From: Octopus vulgaris
Taxonomy: Eukaryota
Direction: 5' to 3'
Length of the DNA stretch: 64,000 nucleotides
Assembly (NCBI GenBank): GCA_951406725.2
Contig: OX597823.1
Location: 77,252,001 to 77,316,000, forward strand
Shown here: in pieces, positions 28,015-41,732 of the stretch
How the letters are laid out: every line of letters begins with the position of its first letter
Position numbering within the stretch: the stretch's first letter is position 1
Position numbers and translations under genes: made by a program
The notes under the pieces: model-generated
What the model was told of the DNA's origin: nothing
The model's database searches: none
The model's input: only the letters and a program-made list of their open reading frames with translations

Positions 28015-28320
28015 AGTTATGACCACAAGGGATCCAATCAATCCAGTCTCTGGAACAGTCTGCTCATGAAATTAACATGCAAGTGATTGAGCACTCCACA
28101 TACATGCCTAACCATAACGTAGTCCTTAGGGAGATTCAGCATGACACAGAGTGTGGCATGGCTGGCTCCCTTTGAATTACAAGTGCAACTCATTTTTGCC
28201 AGCTGAGTGAACTGAAGCAACATGAAATAAAGTGTCTTGCTCAAGGATACAGCACACTTCCAGGAATCAAACACATGACCTTATAGTTGTTAGCCAAACA
28301 CCCTAACCCATAAGCCACAT
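28015..28320 (-). mobile_element. SINE-E head with SINE-D-type tail
   Basis: tRNA-like head, CCTTGAGCAAGACACTTTATTTCA core; the 3' half matches 16500-16687. Confidence 0.7.
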
Positions 28321-30006
28321 ATATATGCATGTGTGTGCATAGGCTCAACTCTCCCCTCCCCTCTCCTCTCTTCCTCTCACGCCTACTTCCTCCCACCCAC
28401 CCCTCCTCTCCTCTAATGGACAGATATATCCAAAGGCACTTCTGTTAATTACCTCAGTAGGTATATTCCTTGGTAAAAAGGTATATGGCAGCAGGTAATG
28501 TAGTGGGTAACCGTAGTTTAACTTATACAGACAAGAAGAAAATGGAGGAAAAATAACAAACAGAAGTGTCTTTTGTGCTATTAAGCCATTATTTAATTAG
28601 TAAATAAAGGTGATATATATGTATATACATGTGTGTGTGTGTAAACTACTTTTCTTAGAAATACTGTACTGCACTATGTAACAATGATTCCTTGTTGTAA
28701 GTGCATACTCAAACAATGACAGAGCATAGTACTTGTATGACCAATGTCACAGTTTGATTCACAAAATTAACAATCTTTATGTTTGCACTGGAATTTTTTA
28801 ATTATATTGGAAGTTTGTGATACATTCTAAATTTTTTTTAGCTTGTGCTGTTTTATAATAAGAAGTTTCTTCATTCTGGTGTTTTTGTAATATATTCTAA
28901 GAGGGAATTTTTGGCTAGATGTGATACTGACTTGGTCATAGCATGATTTTAAAATTCAATGTTGGAAAAACGAAAAAGATCACCTGCACTTCTTATGATC
29001 CTTTGCGACACATCATTCTGCTAACATTTTATTCTGAGAATTCTGTGGTGATAGCTTCAGAATTTTAATGGACTAATGGATGTAGGAATGCTAATAATCT
29101 ATGCTGAATGTACAAGACATATAAGAAAATTAAAATTTTTCTTAATAATGTTTCAAATTTTCACACAAGGCCAACAAGCTTGGGTGAGGAAATAAGTCAA
29201 TTACTTAGACCCCAGTTTTCAACTGGTACATATTTTATCGACCCCAAAAGAGGTGAAAAGCAAAGTAACCCATGGTAGAATTTGAACCCCGGACACAAAG
29301 ACAGATGAACTGTTGCTAAGCATTTCGACTCATTTCTAACAACCCTGCCAATTTTCCACCTTATTCTTCTTAATCCTGACCACACATGAAAATGGCCATA
29401 TCTTTATTACATATTTGAAAGAGAGTTGTTCCCAATCTACATAAATACATACATATATACATATATGAATGTTGTATGTGAGAAAGCGAGAGAAGTGTTG
29501 TGGTCCTTGTTTAAAAAAAGAGTGCTCAACTATATAAATAGCAATAATTTATAATCCTTTGTACTAAAGGCAGAAAGGCAAAGTTGACCTCAGTAAAATT
29601 TGAACTCAGAACACAAGAACAGATGAAATGCTACTAAGTATTTCATCCAGAGTGCTTAAGGTTCTGCCAGCTCACTGTCTTGCAAGCATTTGTAATATAA
29701 TTTAGTGATGATCATACCATCAATTACACATGACTCCCAGTTTTTAACATGTTTGAAAGAATATGCTCATTAAGATTTTCATGAATTAAGGGTCAGTAGA
29801 TTCTATACCAAAAGACACCCTCACACCCTCACACACACACACACACACACATAATGTAAAATAAGATAAAATCTTTATGAGAATTTATCAAGTAGTCAGC
29901 GTGAAAACCTCATAAGGGAAAAATTTATAATTATATAAATATATTTCTTTAATTTATAAAATATTATATTTATATTTATATTTAAATATATATATATATA
30001 TTTATA

Positions 30007-30563
30007 TTAAGGGCATTACTACACGTAAATGACTCATGTTATGAGGGACTCTTGAAGTCAAAACTACCATAATAAATGATAATATTTATTATGGTAGTAC
30101 ATTTAAATATTTGTTGTGCAAGATTTTTTATGTGAAGTCGTGTGTTGAAACAGATATTGTTATATTTGAATGGTCATATTGCCAGTTTAGCCAATAAAAA
30201 CACACGCACTATATATTTGGTGTTATTTTGCTTCAGTGTTATTTATTTTTTACATTAATCTTAATCTTATTTTGGCCAGAGTTCTTTCGTCACACTCCTG
30301 TGACCGCATTAAGTAAGAAGAAAACAAAGGACCACTGATGCGGTCACAGGAGTGTGACGAAAGAACTCTGGCCAAAATAAGATTAAGATTAATGTAAAAA
30401 TAAATAACACTGAAGCAAAATAACACCAAATATATAGTGTGTGTGTTTTTATTGGCTAAACTGGCAATATGACCATTCCGAAATATAACAATATTTATTA
30501 TGGTAGTTTTGACTTTAAGAATCCTTCATAGCATGAGGCATTTATGTGCAGTAATACTCTTAA
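30007..30563. repeat. Nested palindrome; inner arms 30154-30309 / 30338-30494 carry a hammerhead-like motif (HH family 3)
   Basis: Near-perfect inner inverted repeat with a 28-nt spacer, diverged outer arms, and an 18-bp direct repeat at 30081-30098 / 30490-30507. Confidence 0.9.
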
Positions 30564-30829
30564 TATATATATGTGTGTGTGTGTTGGGATTATTCCAGTT
30601 TCCCTTTGCCAAATATACTCACAAGGCTTTTGTTGACCTGAGGCTATAGCAGGAGACACTCAACTAAGGTGCCATGCAGTGGGACTGAACCCAGAACCAT
30701 GTGCTTGGACAGCAAGCATTTTAACACACAATCACACCTGCTCATACTTTCAACTGAAGATTTTGAGCAGGGACACCGATGGACTGAAGCGAATATATAT
30801 TAGTATGAGTAAATGCATAAATGAGATGC

Positions 30830-30868
<39 letters not shown>

Positions 30869-31264
30869 GAAAGGGAAAGAGAGAGAGAGAAAGACCAAAG
30901 GAGAAAGAAAAATAGAATTTGGTGTGACAAAGTGATGCATAAGTGATGCTTTGTCCTACTAACATGCTCACTCAAATGCTACTCTATTGCAGCTTCCAAT
31001 CTCCCTACATTTCCATTCTTGGGCCAAATCTAGTATGTGCCATGCACTCCTTGGACTGGAATTTCATTTATTCTTGCCCCTACACTGAGCTGCATCCATG
31101 TCACTCTGCAAAATGTGTTAACAATTTCTTAAGAAACAGTGATGCTGCTTCAATTCAGGCAAATATGTGTGTGTGCATGCACATGTACACACATGTATAT
31201 GTACTTATGCACACATACACACATGAATACACATATCATATAATTTGTATGTATATATATATGT

Positions 31265-31304
<40 letters not shown>

Positions 31305-31306
<2 letters not shown>

Positions 31307-31692
31307 ACTCTTTTACTCTCTCTCTCTCTCTTTTGACTGTGACCATGCTGGAGCACCACCTTTAGTCAAGCAAATTGACCCCAGGACTTATTCTTTGTAA
31401 GCCTAGTGCTATTCTATCGGTCCCATTTGCTGAACTGCTGAGTTACGGGGATGTAAACATACCAGCATCGGTTGTCAAGTGATGTTGGAGGGCGGACAAA
31501 CACAGACACGCAAACATATACATATATATATATATATACACACACGACAGGCTTCTTTCAGTTTCCATCTACCAAATCCACTCACAAGACTTTGGTCAGC
31601 CCGAGGCTATAGTAGAAGACACTTGCCCAAGGTGCCACACAGTGGGATTGAACCCGGAACCATGTAGTTGGTAAGCAAGCTACTTATCACAT
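31305..31692 (-). mobile_element. SINE-A copy
   Basis: Reverse complement match. Confidence 0.85.
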
Positions 31693-31819
31693 ATATGGAA
31701 AATGCCTTGTAATATATTTAGGAAGACTATAGTTCGAATGATTATTCAATGCAGAATTATATAGTGATATGTGTGTGTGTGTGTGTGTTTGTGTGTGGAT
31801 GATTGTAGGGGTGGGGGGT

Positions 31820-32310
31820 GTACTTCTGCATCCAGCACATTCATTTCTTCAATGATTTATAGAACTTGACATCAAACAGTTTTCGCAAAGATTCAAGGCC
31901 GGCAGCTATCACAATTTATGTTGTGATTTCAGCTTGACATTCTTTTCCCTTTTTACCTGTCTTCTCTACACACAACACGTCATTCTCATGCAAGCAGCGA
32001 TTTCATCTTTAGGAGGGTACCTGGTCTCTTATTCTCCCGTCATTCATCCAACCCCTGGGATGACAATGAACCAAAACTCCAAATGGCATTTTTCTATCTC
32101 TTTGGAAATCCTCTCCTCTTAAATATCACTGCTGGCTTGAGCTTAGTCCCATCTGTTACACACACAATTACGACAGTAAAATGTATCCTTTTATCTCCTG
32201 TGATCCTCACATGAATAGACTTCCTTCCTTTGATACGAAATGCATGGTTTCTTGGGAGATCAAATAACGCAGGAGCTTCACTGATATTACCAACATTCAA
32301 AAAATAAACA
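31820..32310 (-). mobile_element. pogo/Tigger-type transposase remnant (DDE_1 region)
   Basis: NVGNISEAPALFDLP...KGRKSIHVRITGDKRIHFTVVIVCVTDGTKLKPAVIFK resembles the pogo 'NMDETP..FDMP...TGHEK..FTV.L.C.ADG.KL.P..IFK' motif. Confidence 0.8.
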
Positions 32311-32357
32311 GGTGAGATAAAATTATCTTCTATGTCACATGGTAGTTCCTACGATGA

Positions 32358-32406
32358 TATTATTATTGTCAAGTTATTATTATTATTATTATCATCATCA
32401 TCACCA

Positions 32407-32441
<35 letters not shown>

Positions 32442-32478
32442 ATTATTATTATTATTATTATTATCACTTCTGTTTTTA

Positions 32479-32522
<44 letters not shown>

Positions 32523-32565
32523 TTTACTTTTACTTTTATTATTATTATTATCATCATCATCATCA

Positions 32566-32600
<35 letters not shown>

Positions 32601-32620
32601 GTTATTATTATTATTATTAT
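32358..32620. repeat. (ATT)n/(ATC)n microsatellite
   Basis: Directly visible. Confidence 0.95.
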
Positions 32621-32839
32621 TCTTTTGTTATAGACTGAGTTAATTTTTCTCCCCAAAACTACAGGTCTGTCCATTAGAAACTTTATATGATGGTCTCGGA
32701 ACTATCTTGTTTGCCTACAATATCATCTGAAATGGAGTTATGATGTAGATGTAGTTACCACTCCTATGTTCAGTGGTGAATGTATTTAACAGTTCTTTGT
32801 CCATCTCTGGATCTAGAACTTGCTTGTTTGCCTCTAGGT

Positions 32840-33115
32840 CAGAGTTTCATGAAAGAATTAGTAATAAAGGGGATTTAATGGAAAACTGGGCATAAGATTA
32901 ATCGAATGTTGTGTGCAAGAAAGAATACTGCACTAATATGAAAAACTGATGTGTAAGGATGAGAACAATAGTATACAGAAGAACCAATTGCTGGGTGCAG
33001 CTGGAACTTGTGGAAGAGGGAGAACCAAGAAGGAATGGGATTAAACAAACAAGGTTGACCTCTGGACCCTGAACCTGAGAGAGATGACAAAGGACCAGGA
33101 CTTCTGGTGATATGA
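32840..33115 (+). mobile_element. Very old RTE ORF C-terminal remnant
   Basis: AGTCGRGRTKKEWD...DLWTLNL..EMTKDQDFW is similar to the end of ORF 41666-42676. Confidence 0.65.
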
Positions 33116-34121
33116 GGTTTCTAAGAGACCCCCTCTCATCAGTGAAATTGAGTTTAAAAAGTTTTATGTGTTGTGCTCTCCACCCAGGTTACAATGACTT
33201 GTCTCCCACTCTGATGTGTTAGGCTTGCATCTTCTCCCCACCTGACTCCTGTAGAGCACCTGACTGCATCATCCCTCTCTATTATTCACCCCCTGACAAC
33301 CGATCATCTTTACTATTCCTTTTCTATACCTCTACCACCCTCCTCTGCATTCCTCCATCTCCCCTAATTCATGGCTCCTTGTTCATCCACCCCTCAACCC
33401 TACCCATTTAGGCAATCTCCTTCCCATCCCCTCATTCTCTGTCCCTTACAATCTTGCAGACCAATTCTTCAACTCACCTTGTGTCTTGAGGGACCACCTA
33501 AGCACCTAAGCACCAAAATCTATCTCCTGCAGCTCCTATTCATCATCATCTCTTCTTCTCCTTTCTCCAACTAGATGTGAGTAGCCATGCAGATCCTCTG
33601 CAAGAACCTGTTTTGTCACTTCAACTCCTTCTCATAGTTTAATCCCCTCATTCTCAAGAATGAAGCTGACACTCCCCTCCCAGCTTTTGTACTTCTGTGG
33701 GATGTATGTCAACATCAATAGTGCACCCAGTTCAGGTCATAAAAGTGGTTGGTATCCTGCCAGAGAAAAACCATGCCAAAGCAAACATTGGAATACAATG
33801 CAGTCCTTAGACACATCAGATTCTGTCAAAAGTCCAATCCATGCCAGCATGGAACACAAATGTTAAGTGGTGCTGGTGGTGATGGTGATGATGACGATGA
33901 TGGTGATGATGACGATGATGATGATGATGATGATGATGTGATGGTGATGATGGTGGTGGTGGTAGTGATGATGATGATGAGGAGGAGGAGGAGGTGGTGG
34001 TGGAGAAGGAGGTGGTGGAGGAGGAGGAGGAGTATGTGCATCCTTTTTCTCCTCTATTTCAAATCCAAACTTCTAATAACTCCAAATATTATAAAGAAAT
34101 GATTACCCCCACCTTGTGATA

Positions 34122-34155
<34 letters not shown>

Positions 34156-35419
34156 CACACACACATATATACATGTGTGTGGTCTATATGTGTGTGGTCT
34201 ATGTGGTACATGTGTGTATATGTGTGTGTGTGTTTTGTATATACTAACCTTGTCTGTTTGTGGTGGGGTGCATGCATTTTTGTTTTATTTTCCTTCTTTT
34301 GTTTTGTTTTGTTTTTTCCAATCAACTTGGGATACGAGACAGAAATTACTGAGAAACACTGCTCCAGGCAAATTTTTCCTTTAACACTGAGTTAGAATTA
34401 GTTTTGCTTTCTCGAGACTCTCACAACTTTTCTCTGATAAAGAAAACTCCTTCTCAGCATTTCTGTTACCATTAACTTCTGCAGATTGCACAACTTTGTA
34501 TTTGAAGACAGCAACATGTTAAACTTTTTCTCATTATACCAGAAGTTGTAATTAAAACAACGCCTGACATGAAGCAAAATTTTTACTCTTTCATAAGTAA
34601 TTTTTTAACAAGTTTATTGTATGATAAACAAACCTTAACAAAACCTTGTTTCTTTTCTTCTTTTTCTCTTACTTCCATAACCATCATTCTCTTTGTATTT
34701 TCTTAATTTTCACCATTTGCACCTTTGGTATCTTTTTTCTTTTTTTTTTGTATTTTTTTCTTCAGATTTTACTGTAAACTCTGTCACCATTCTGTCAACC
34801 AATCATCTTTGTTTACTGCTTCATCAGCTAGTTCTTTCTAGAACACACCATTGTATGTTTAAAGATCAAGTTTTTCTTTTTAATATTTTCACTATTCTCA
34901 CCACCATTTCTGTCAATTATCTTTATTTAACTCATCAATTAAACTTTATTGTATTCATATAATCACTGAACTCTTTAACAAATTTACAAATGGCAAGTCC
35001 AAAAGATCAGGCGTAGAATAATTTTTTCAACGTAGTTTCCACACTTTCATAACAAAGATAATTTATTCAAAATGACAGCACACATACCAAATATACACTC
35101 ATGAGATTTAGCATACATATATTAACAGATGGTTGTGATGACAATAAAATATCTTGTACAAGATTTGTTAGCTTTGTGCATAAGGTACAAATCTGATTTT
35201 TATGACTGAAATCTGTTCAGAGAAAGGGAAAATGAATTTTTCTGTATGATGAAATATAGCATGTAATGTTCATGCATGCCTGCATATGTGTGTGTGTGAG
35301 TACATATATCGTTAGTACATATATCCAAAAAGTAGCACACTCTAAAGCATTAGAACAGTAATATGTTTTACATATACATACAAACACACACACACTCACA
35401 CACACACACACACATATGA

Positions 35420-35660
35420 TACGTAAAAAGCACCAACCAATTGTGGCCGTTTGCCAGCCTCCTCTGGCCCCTTGTGCCAGTGGCACATAAAAAGCACCCA
35501 CTACACTACACAGTGGTTGGCATTAGGAAGGGCATCCAGCTGTAGAAAAACTGCCAGATCAGACTGGAGCCTGGCACAGCCTCCTGGCTTCCCTGACCCC
35601 AGTCAAACCGTCCAACCCATGCTAGCACAGAAAACGGATGTTAAACGATGATGATGATGA
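35420..35660 (+). mobile_element. RTE 3' end with (GAT)n tail
   Basis: Matches 43400-43616. Confidence 0.85.
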
Positions 35661-35661
35661 A

Positions 35662-36680
35662 GTATCAGTCCTCATCCTCCTCTTGTTCACCATAGTCCTC
35701 CAGGTAACAACAGAGAACTTTAAGTCAAGCTGCCCCTGGGAGTTCCTCTATGCTGATCACTTTGATCTTGTGGCTGAATCACTATCAGAACTAGAGAAGA
35801 AATTTCAGGTGTGGAATCAAGGTTTAGAATCAAAGGGCCTTAAAGTTAATTTAGCAAAAACCAAAGTCTTGGTAAGTAGGAAAGCAGATAAATCACAAAT
35901 TCCTTCAGGTAGATGGCCCTGTTCAGTATGGAGAAAATGTGTTGGTGGAAACTCCTTAAGATGTAACCAGTACAAGCTATGGACATATGAGGTGCAGCAG
36001 TATCAGAGGAAGGTTAACAAGGAAAATAGTCTTTGTGTGTGGCAGCTGTACAGGTACAATAAACACTAGAAATGTGCAGAAAACAGACCCCTTCAAATGC
36101 CAGGGGGATACCTAGAAGTAGTTGATAGCTTCCATTACCTAGATGACCAAGTCAGCAGCAGAGGTTGGTGCTCCAAGAGCATAGCTGCTAGAATAAGAAT
36201 GGGCTGAGCAAAGTTCAGAGAGCTTCTACTTTTGTTGGTAACCAAGGGCCTCTTCCTCAGAGTGAAAGGAAGATTGTATGCTGTCTGTGTGTTAACAGTC
36301 ATGCTACACAGCAGTGAAATACGGGCTGTGACCGCTGAGGACATGCATAGGCTTGAAAGAAATGAGGATGGTATGCTGGACGTGCAATGTCAGTGTGCAT
36401 TCGCGACAGAGTGTAACTGTCCTGAGAGAAAAATTGGGCATAAAAGTCATCATATGTAGTGTGCAAGAGAGACAACTGCACTTACCAAGTGATGCATATG
36501 AACAAGGACAGCTGTGTAAAGAAATGCCAACCCCTAACTTTGGAAGGAACGTGTGGAAGAGGCAGACCTAGAAAGACAAGGTGGTGAAATATGATCTTCG
36601 AACATTAGGCCTCACAGAGGTGATGATAAGTGACTGAGACATTTGGCAATATGCCGTGCTTGAGAAGACTCATCAATCTA
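35662..36680 (+). mobile_element. Decayed RTE LINE RT fragment
   Basis: SVLILLLFTIVLQ...PWEFLYADHFDLVAESLSELEKKFQVW...VNLAKTKVL; paralog of 41733-42676 with frameshifts. Confidence 0.9.
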
Positions 36681-36718
36681 AATGAAATCATAGTCATGAC
36701 TGATGTTGGTCTCATGTA

Positions 36719-37620
36719 TCAGGTCATTAACAATGAAATGTCCGATTTTGAACTGAAAGTTTATTTTACTTTATCTCAACAAATAGCAATGCAGTTAATC
36801 AAAGAATGCATTAAATTATCAACACAATTTTGCCATTTTATTGGTAGCTTATTTATGTTGGCAGCGAAGAATTCTAGAGAGCAAGAGATGATGAAATCGT
36901 GAAAGGTTGTTTTTACATCTTTTTCAGATTTGAAGTTTTTCCTTTGCAAAAAAGTTGTCTAATGGCTGGAAAAGGTGATAGTCAGTGTAATGTCTGGTGA
37001 ATATGGTGGATGACAGAGTACTTCCACGTTCAGTTCCTGTAACTTGAGTAGTATTCTTTTGTGCAACATGTGGTCGAGTATTGTCTTGCAAGAGAATTGG
37101 CCTCTCTCTATTGACTAATCTCGGTTGTTTAATTGCAAGTTCACTCATTATTTCATCCAACTGGTTGATGTATACATCTGCTGTAATTGACCTGCCAAGT
37201 CTTATGAAGTTGTAGTAGATGACATCAGCGCCGGACCACAAAACAGACACCATTACCTTTTTTGGTGTATATTCTTTCTTGGATTGTGTTTTGGCACTTT
37301 GTCTCTATCCAAGCACTGTGTAGAGCACTTACTATTGTTAAAAAGAAACCATTTTTCATCGCCCATAACAATACGATGCAAAAATGGTTTGCTTTTATGC
37401 CATGACAGCAAAGAACAGCAAATTTCAAGATGACGTGTCATTTGATGCTTGATCAGTTCATGTGGTATCCACTTACCCAGCTTCTTTACCTTGCCAATTT
37501 GTTTCAGATGGTCCAATACAGTTGGAGTCGAAACATAAAACCTTGCTGCTAACTCACATGTAGTTTGAGATGTATCTGCTTCCACTACAGATTCCAGCTA
37601 ATCCTTATCCACCTTGGTCT
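36719..37620 (-). mobile_element. mariner transposase remnant with one probable TIR
   Basis: KKLGKWIPHEL, FLHRIVMGDEKW, PILLQDNTRPHVA and TDYHLFQPLDNFF (D,D34D type); frameshifted. Confidence 0.92.
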
Positions 37621-37696
37621 CAGGTGTACCACAGGGCTGATATACAAGAGAAAACTCGCAATATAATCAGACACCATGAATTGTATTTTTTTTGTA

Positions 37697-38099
37697 TACT
37701 CTTTTACTCTTTTACTCTTTTACTTGTTTCAGTCATTTGACTGCGGCCATGCTGGAGCACCGCCTTTAGTCGAGCAAATCGACCCCGGGACTTATTCTTT
37801 GTAAGCCCAGTACTTATCCTATCGGTCTCTTCTGCCGAACCGCTAAGTGACGGGGACGTAAACACACCAGCAATGCTAGGGGGACAAACACAGACACACA
37901 AACACACACATTCATATATATATATATACATATATACGACAGACTTCTTTCAGTTTCCGTCTACCAAATCCACTCACAAGGCTTTAGTCGGCCCGAGGCT
38001 ATAGTAGAAGACACTTGCTCAAGGTGCCGCGCAGTGGGACTGAACCCGGAACCATGTGGTTGGTAAACAAGCTACTTACCACACAGCCACTCCTGCGCC
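37697..38099 (-). mobile_element. SINE-A, near-consensus (young) copy
   Basis: Retains CpGs; (TACTCTTT)n tail. Confidence 0.9.
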
Positions 38100-38376
38100 T
38101 ATGATAACAACTTTTATAACTTGGAAATAAATTTTGGGAATAATCAAAATTAATTGCAAAATCCAGCGATTATTTTTGGCAATTTTTAATGTGATTTTTT
38201 GCAACAAATCTGGTCATCATTAGGAGATGACTCTGGAGGAAGCAATTGCAATAAATTCTCCAAAATAAGTCAGAGATCTGTTTGCAGCTCTTCTCATTCT
38301 TGATCAGTAGCTTAAAGGCTATACACTAGCTCAAGAACTACCCAATAGGGCAGCATTTAAGCTAATATATATATGT

Positions 38377-38687
38377 TGAAGTGCAATGGCCCAGTGGTTA
38401 GGGCAACAGACTCGCGGTTGTAGGATCGCAGTTTCAATTACCAGACCGGGCGTTGTGAGTGTTTATTGAACGAAAACACCTAAAGCTCCACGAGGCTCCA
38501 CCAGGTGGTGGTGACGATCCCTGCTGTACTCTTTTGCTACAACTTCCTCTCACTCTTTCTTCTGTTGGCCTGCTCGCTTAGCCAGCAGGGTGGCATATTT
38601 TGAAGGCTAACACAATGTGAAGCGCATTGTGACCAGCGATGTGCAGCAACATCTGATAGCCTGGTCGGTCATGGAGATCACGGTGCT
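38377..38687 (+). mobile_element. SINE-D head with a different 3' tail
   Basis: About the first 190 bp match 16300-16490; the 3' part is unrelated. Confidence 0.8.
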
Positions 38688-39099
38688 ATATATGTGTGTG
38701 TGTGTGTATGTGTGTGTGTATGTGTGTGTGTGTATGTGTGTATAATATGCATAATGTAGTACAAAAGTAGAATAGCACTATCTGTAATATTTTCCTCAGT
38801 GAAACCTCTCTAAAAAGAGTTTGTGTGTTAAATCTTCAGTACTTGCTCAGGATAATAATTAAATATTCAGCACTTGATCAGCAGATCATCAGATACCAGC
38901 GTTTTGGCCTGATGTACCCCCTTCCACACTCCTGTGACAAATACACACAGGAATTCTCGGCAAGGTCAAAACTTTCATTCTACTATAAAAATAATAGAAC
39001 AAAACCATACAATGATTTGTACCGGAATTATCTTAAATATATATAAAATGTGTGTGTGAGTGTAGATCTTGTAATTTAGGTGACTGATAAAGTGATATA

Positions 39100-39378
39100 A
39101 ATATATATTTATATATATTTATGTATGCATATGTAATTACACACACACACACACATATATATGTGTGTATATGTATATATATTGTGCATATATATATATG
39201 TGTGTGTGTGTGTGTATTGATATGTATGTATATGTACATATGTATATGAATATATATGTGCATACAAATGTGTTTATACATACATATATATATATATACA
39301 CACACACATACACACACACACATACATACATACATACATACATACATACACACACACATACATACATACATACATACA

Positions 39379-39411
<33 letters not shown>

Positions 39412-39761
39412 GTGTGAGTGTGTGTGTGTATGCATGTATATACCTCTGTGTAAATTTATGTGAAGTTTGTGTGTGTGTGTTTGTCATTGGAAACATACCA
39501 AAGAGGTCTATAATGCACAGCTGCACAGATGGATGAAAGGAAGTAACTAAGATGAAGGAGTGAGAGTAAAGAAAGAAAGAAAAGTCTGTGACAATGATAA
39601 ATTGTGCAAGTGATAACAAAAGATAATGCTGGTTTTATGCATACATACATGAAACCTATAATCATGCACACACACACACACATACACGCACACACATACA
39701 CACAAATATATATGTGTGTGCAGGTGTGCATAAATGAGGGATAATAATTACTTTATATATT

Positions 39762-39810
<49 letters not shown>

Positions 39811-39828
39811 ATATATATATATACATAC

Positions 39829-39861
<33 letters not shown>

Positions 39862-39973
39862 CACACATATATATATGTATATATATATATATGTATATAT
39901 ATGTATATATATGTATATATATATATGTATATATGTATATATATATATGTATATATGTATATATATATATATG

Positions 39974-40048
<75 letters not shown>

Positions 40049-40052
40049 GTAT
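39100..40052. repeat. Compound TA/CA/CATA microsatellites
   Basis: Directly visible. Confidence 0.9.
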
Positions 40053-40857
40053 ATTGTTGTTTGGGTGATGTTACATACCTGTCCCTTTCTTTATCTAACT
40101 AATAAATAAGCAGCTGAGATGAGTTGGGTTAGAAGGAAGTAGTGATAAAGCTACAATACTCATGATATGCAAATACCCTTACCTCTCGTAATTCTTAGGA
40201 GAGAGAGGAAGTGCAAACCTTACATATTTGGGGTGGAAATATTAGGGTGTCACAGTGCACATCAATGAGGAGGAGATAAAAAGGATGAAAAACAAAATGA
40301 TTGAAGGAGCAAAAAAAAAAAGGATAAAAAGACAGTGTGGGAGAATAAAGAAGACATAAAACAAGTTTTGTTTTGCTTTCACTTCCTAGCAATATATTCA
40401 ATTTTATCATTACCCTCTACATTATGATATTTCTGTAAATATATTTTGTTCACATTTGTAATTACATTTTCATCTTTAGAAAATTGAAACAATAGTATAT
40501 GATATATTCAGAAAGTACCAATACTTTCATTATTGAATATACATTACTTTCCTTATTTCCTCAGAAACAATAGAGCCTTATGTCCATTAGTATTGTTTAC
40601 ATTCACAAGAACTACTGACTTTTCGTGTCCTCATCCTTTGTCTTCCTTTGATACAGTATCTGAAGTATCTAGGTTATTGTTTCATTATTTACTGACAATT
40701 CTATAAGATTTGATTACAAAACGTATTAAACAGAATCCCACATAATAATGTGGCATGAAACATTGTTAAATATCCCACTTTTTAAATAACTACCACTAAA
40801 CTACATGAGGCTGAAAACTGATTTTTTTATACAACTTTATGAGAAGGATGTCATCTA

Positions 40858-41237
40858 GATGCAGGAGTGGCCGTGTGGTAAGTAGCTTGTTTACCAGCCA
40901 CATAGTTCCAGGTTCAGTCCAACTACATGGCACCTTGGGCAAGTGTCTTCTACTATAGCCTTGGGCCAATCAAAGCCTTGTGAGCGGATTTGATAGAGAG
41001 AAATTGAAAGAAGCCTGTTGTATATATATGTGTGTGTATGTGTCTGTGTTCATCCCCCATCATCGCTTGACAACCGATGTGGGTGTGTTTACATCCCCAT
41101 AACTTAGCAGTTCAGCAAAAGAAACTGATAGAATAAGTACTAGGGCTTACAAAGAATAAGTCCTGGTGTCTATTTCTTCAACTAAACGCAGTGCTCCAGC
41201 ATGGCCGCAATCAAATGACTGAAACAAATAAAAGAAT
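40858..41237 (+). mobile_element. SINE-A copy
   Basis: Full-length match. Confidence 0.85.
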
Positions 41238-41732
41238 ATATGTAATAGAAAAACGTTGCCTGACCAATGAAATTAAGCAGTGATATATGTGTCAGTTATG
41301 AATTTTATTTCATAAATTATTTCCAACTTCAAAATGTCAAATGATGATTCAAAGATTTGTAAGAGTCATTAAATTCATGAGCAATATCATGAATAATAAA
41401 GGTAAGATATTAAATCACCAGCAACATTTCCGATAATGAAAACACAAAACAGATATAAATTCGGGATTGTAAAATGTCAGTATTACCTAGAAACCAATAT
41501 CTCATTATAATGTATCCACTGTTTGTTTTATCATATTTAGTAAAAATTAATTTTCAATAGGTTTTAGAATTTGCTGCACAATTTACAATGGAACTTTCAA
41601 TCAAAATAGACGAAGTCGACAGAATTAATTTAAAACTAAATATATTCAAATCTGAACATTGATTTATGCATTTTACACACACACACACACACATATATGT
41701 ATATACATTCTCACAGGTTTTTTTTTTTTTTA

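Noticed and set aside
36924-37585. SETMAR-like domesticated transposase
   Set aside because: Frameshifted, 5'-truncated mariner with no SET domain
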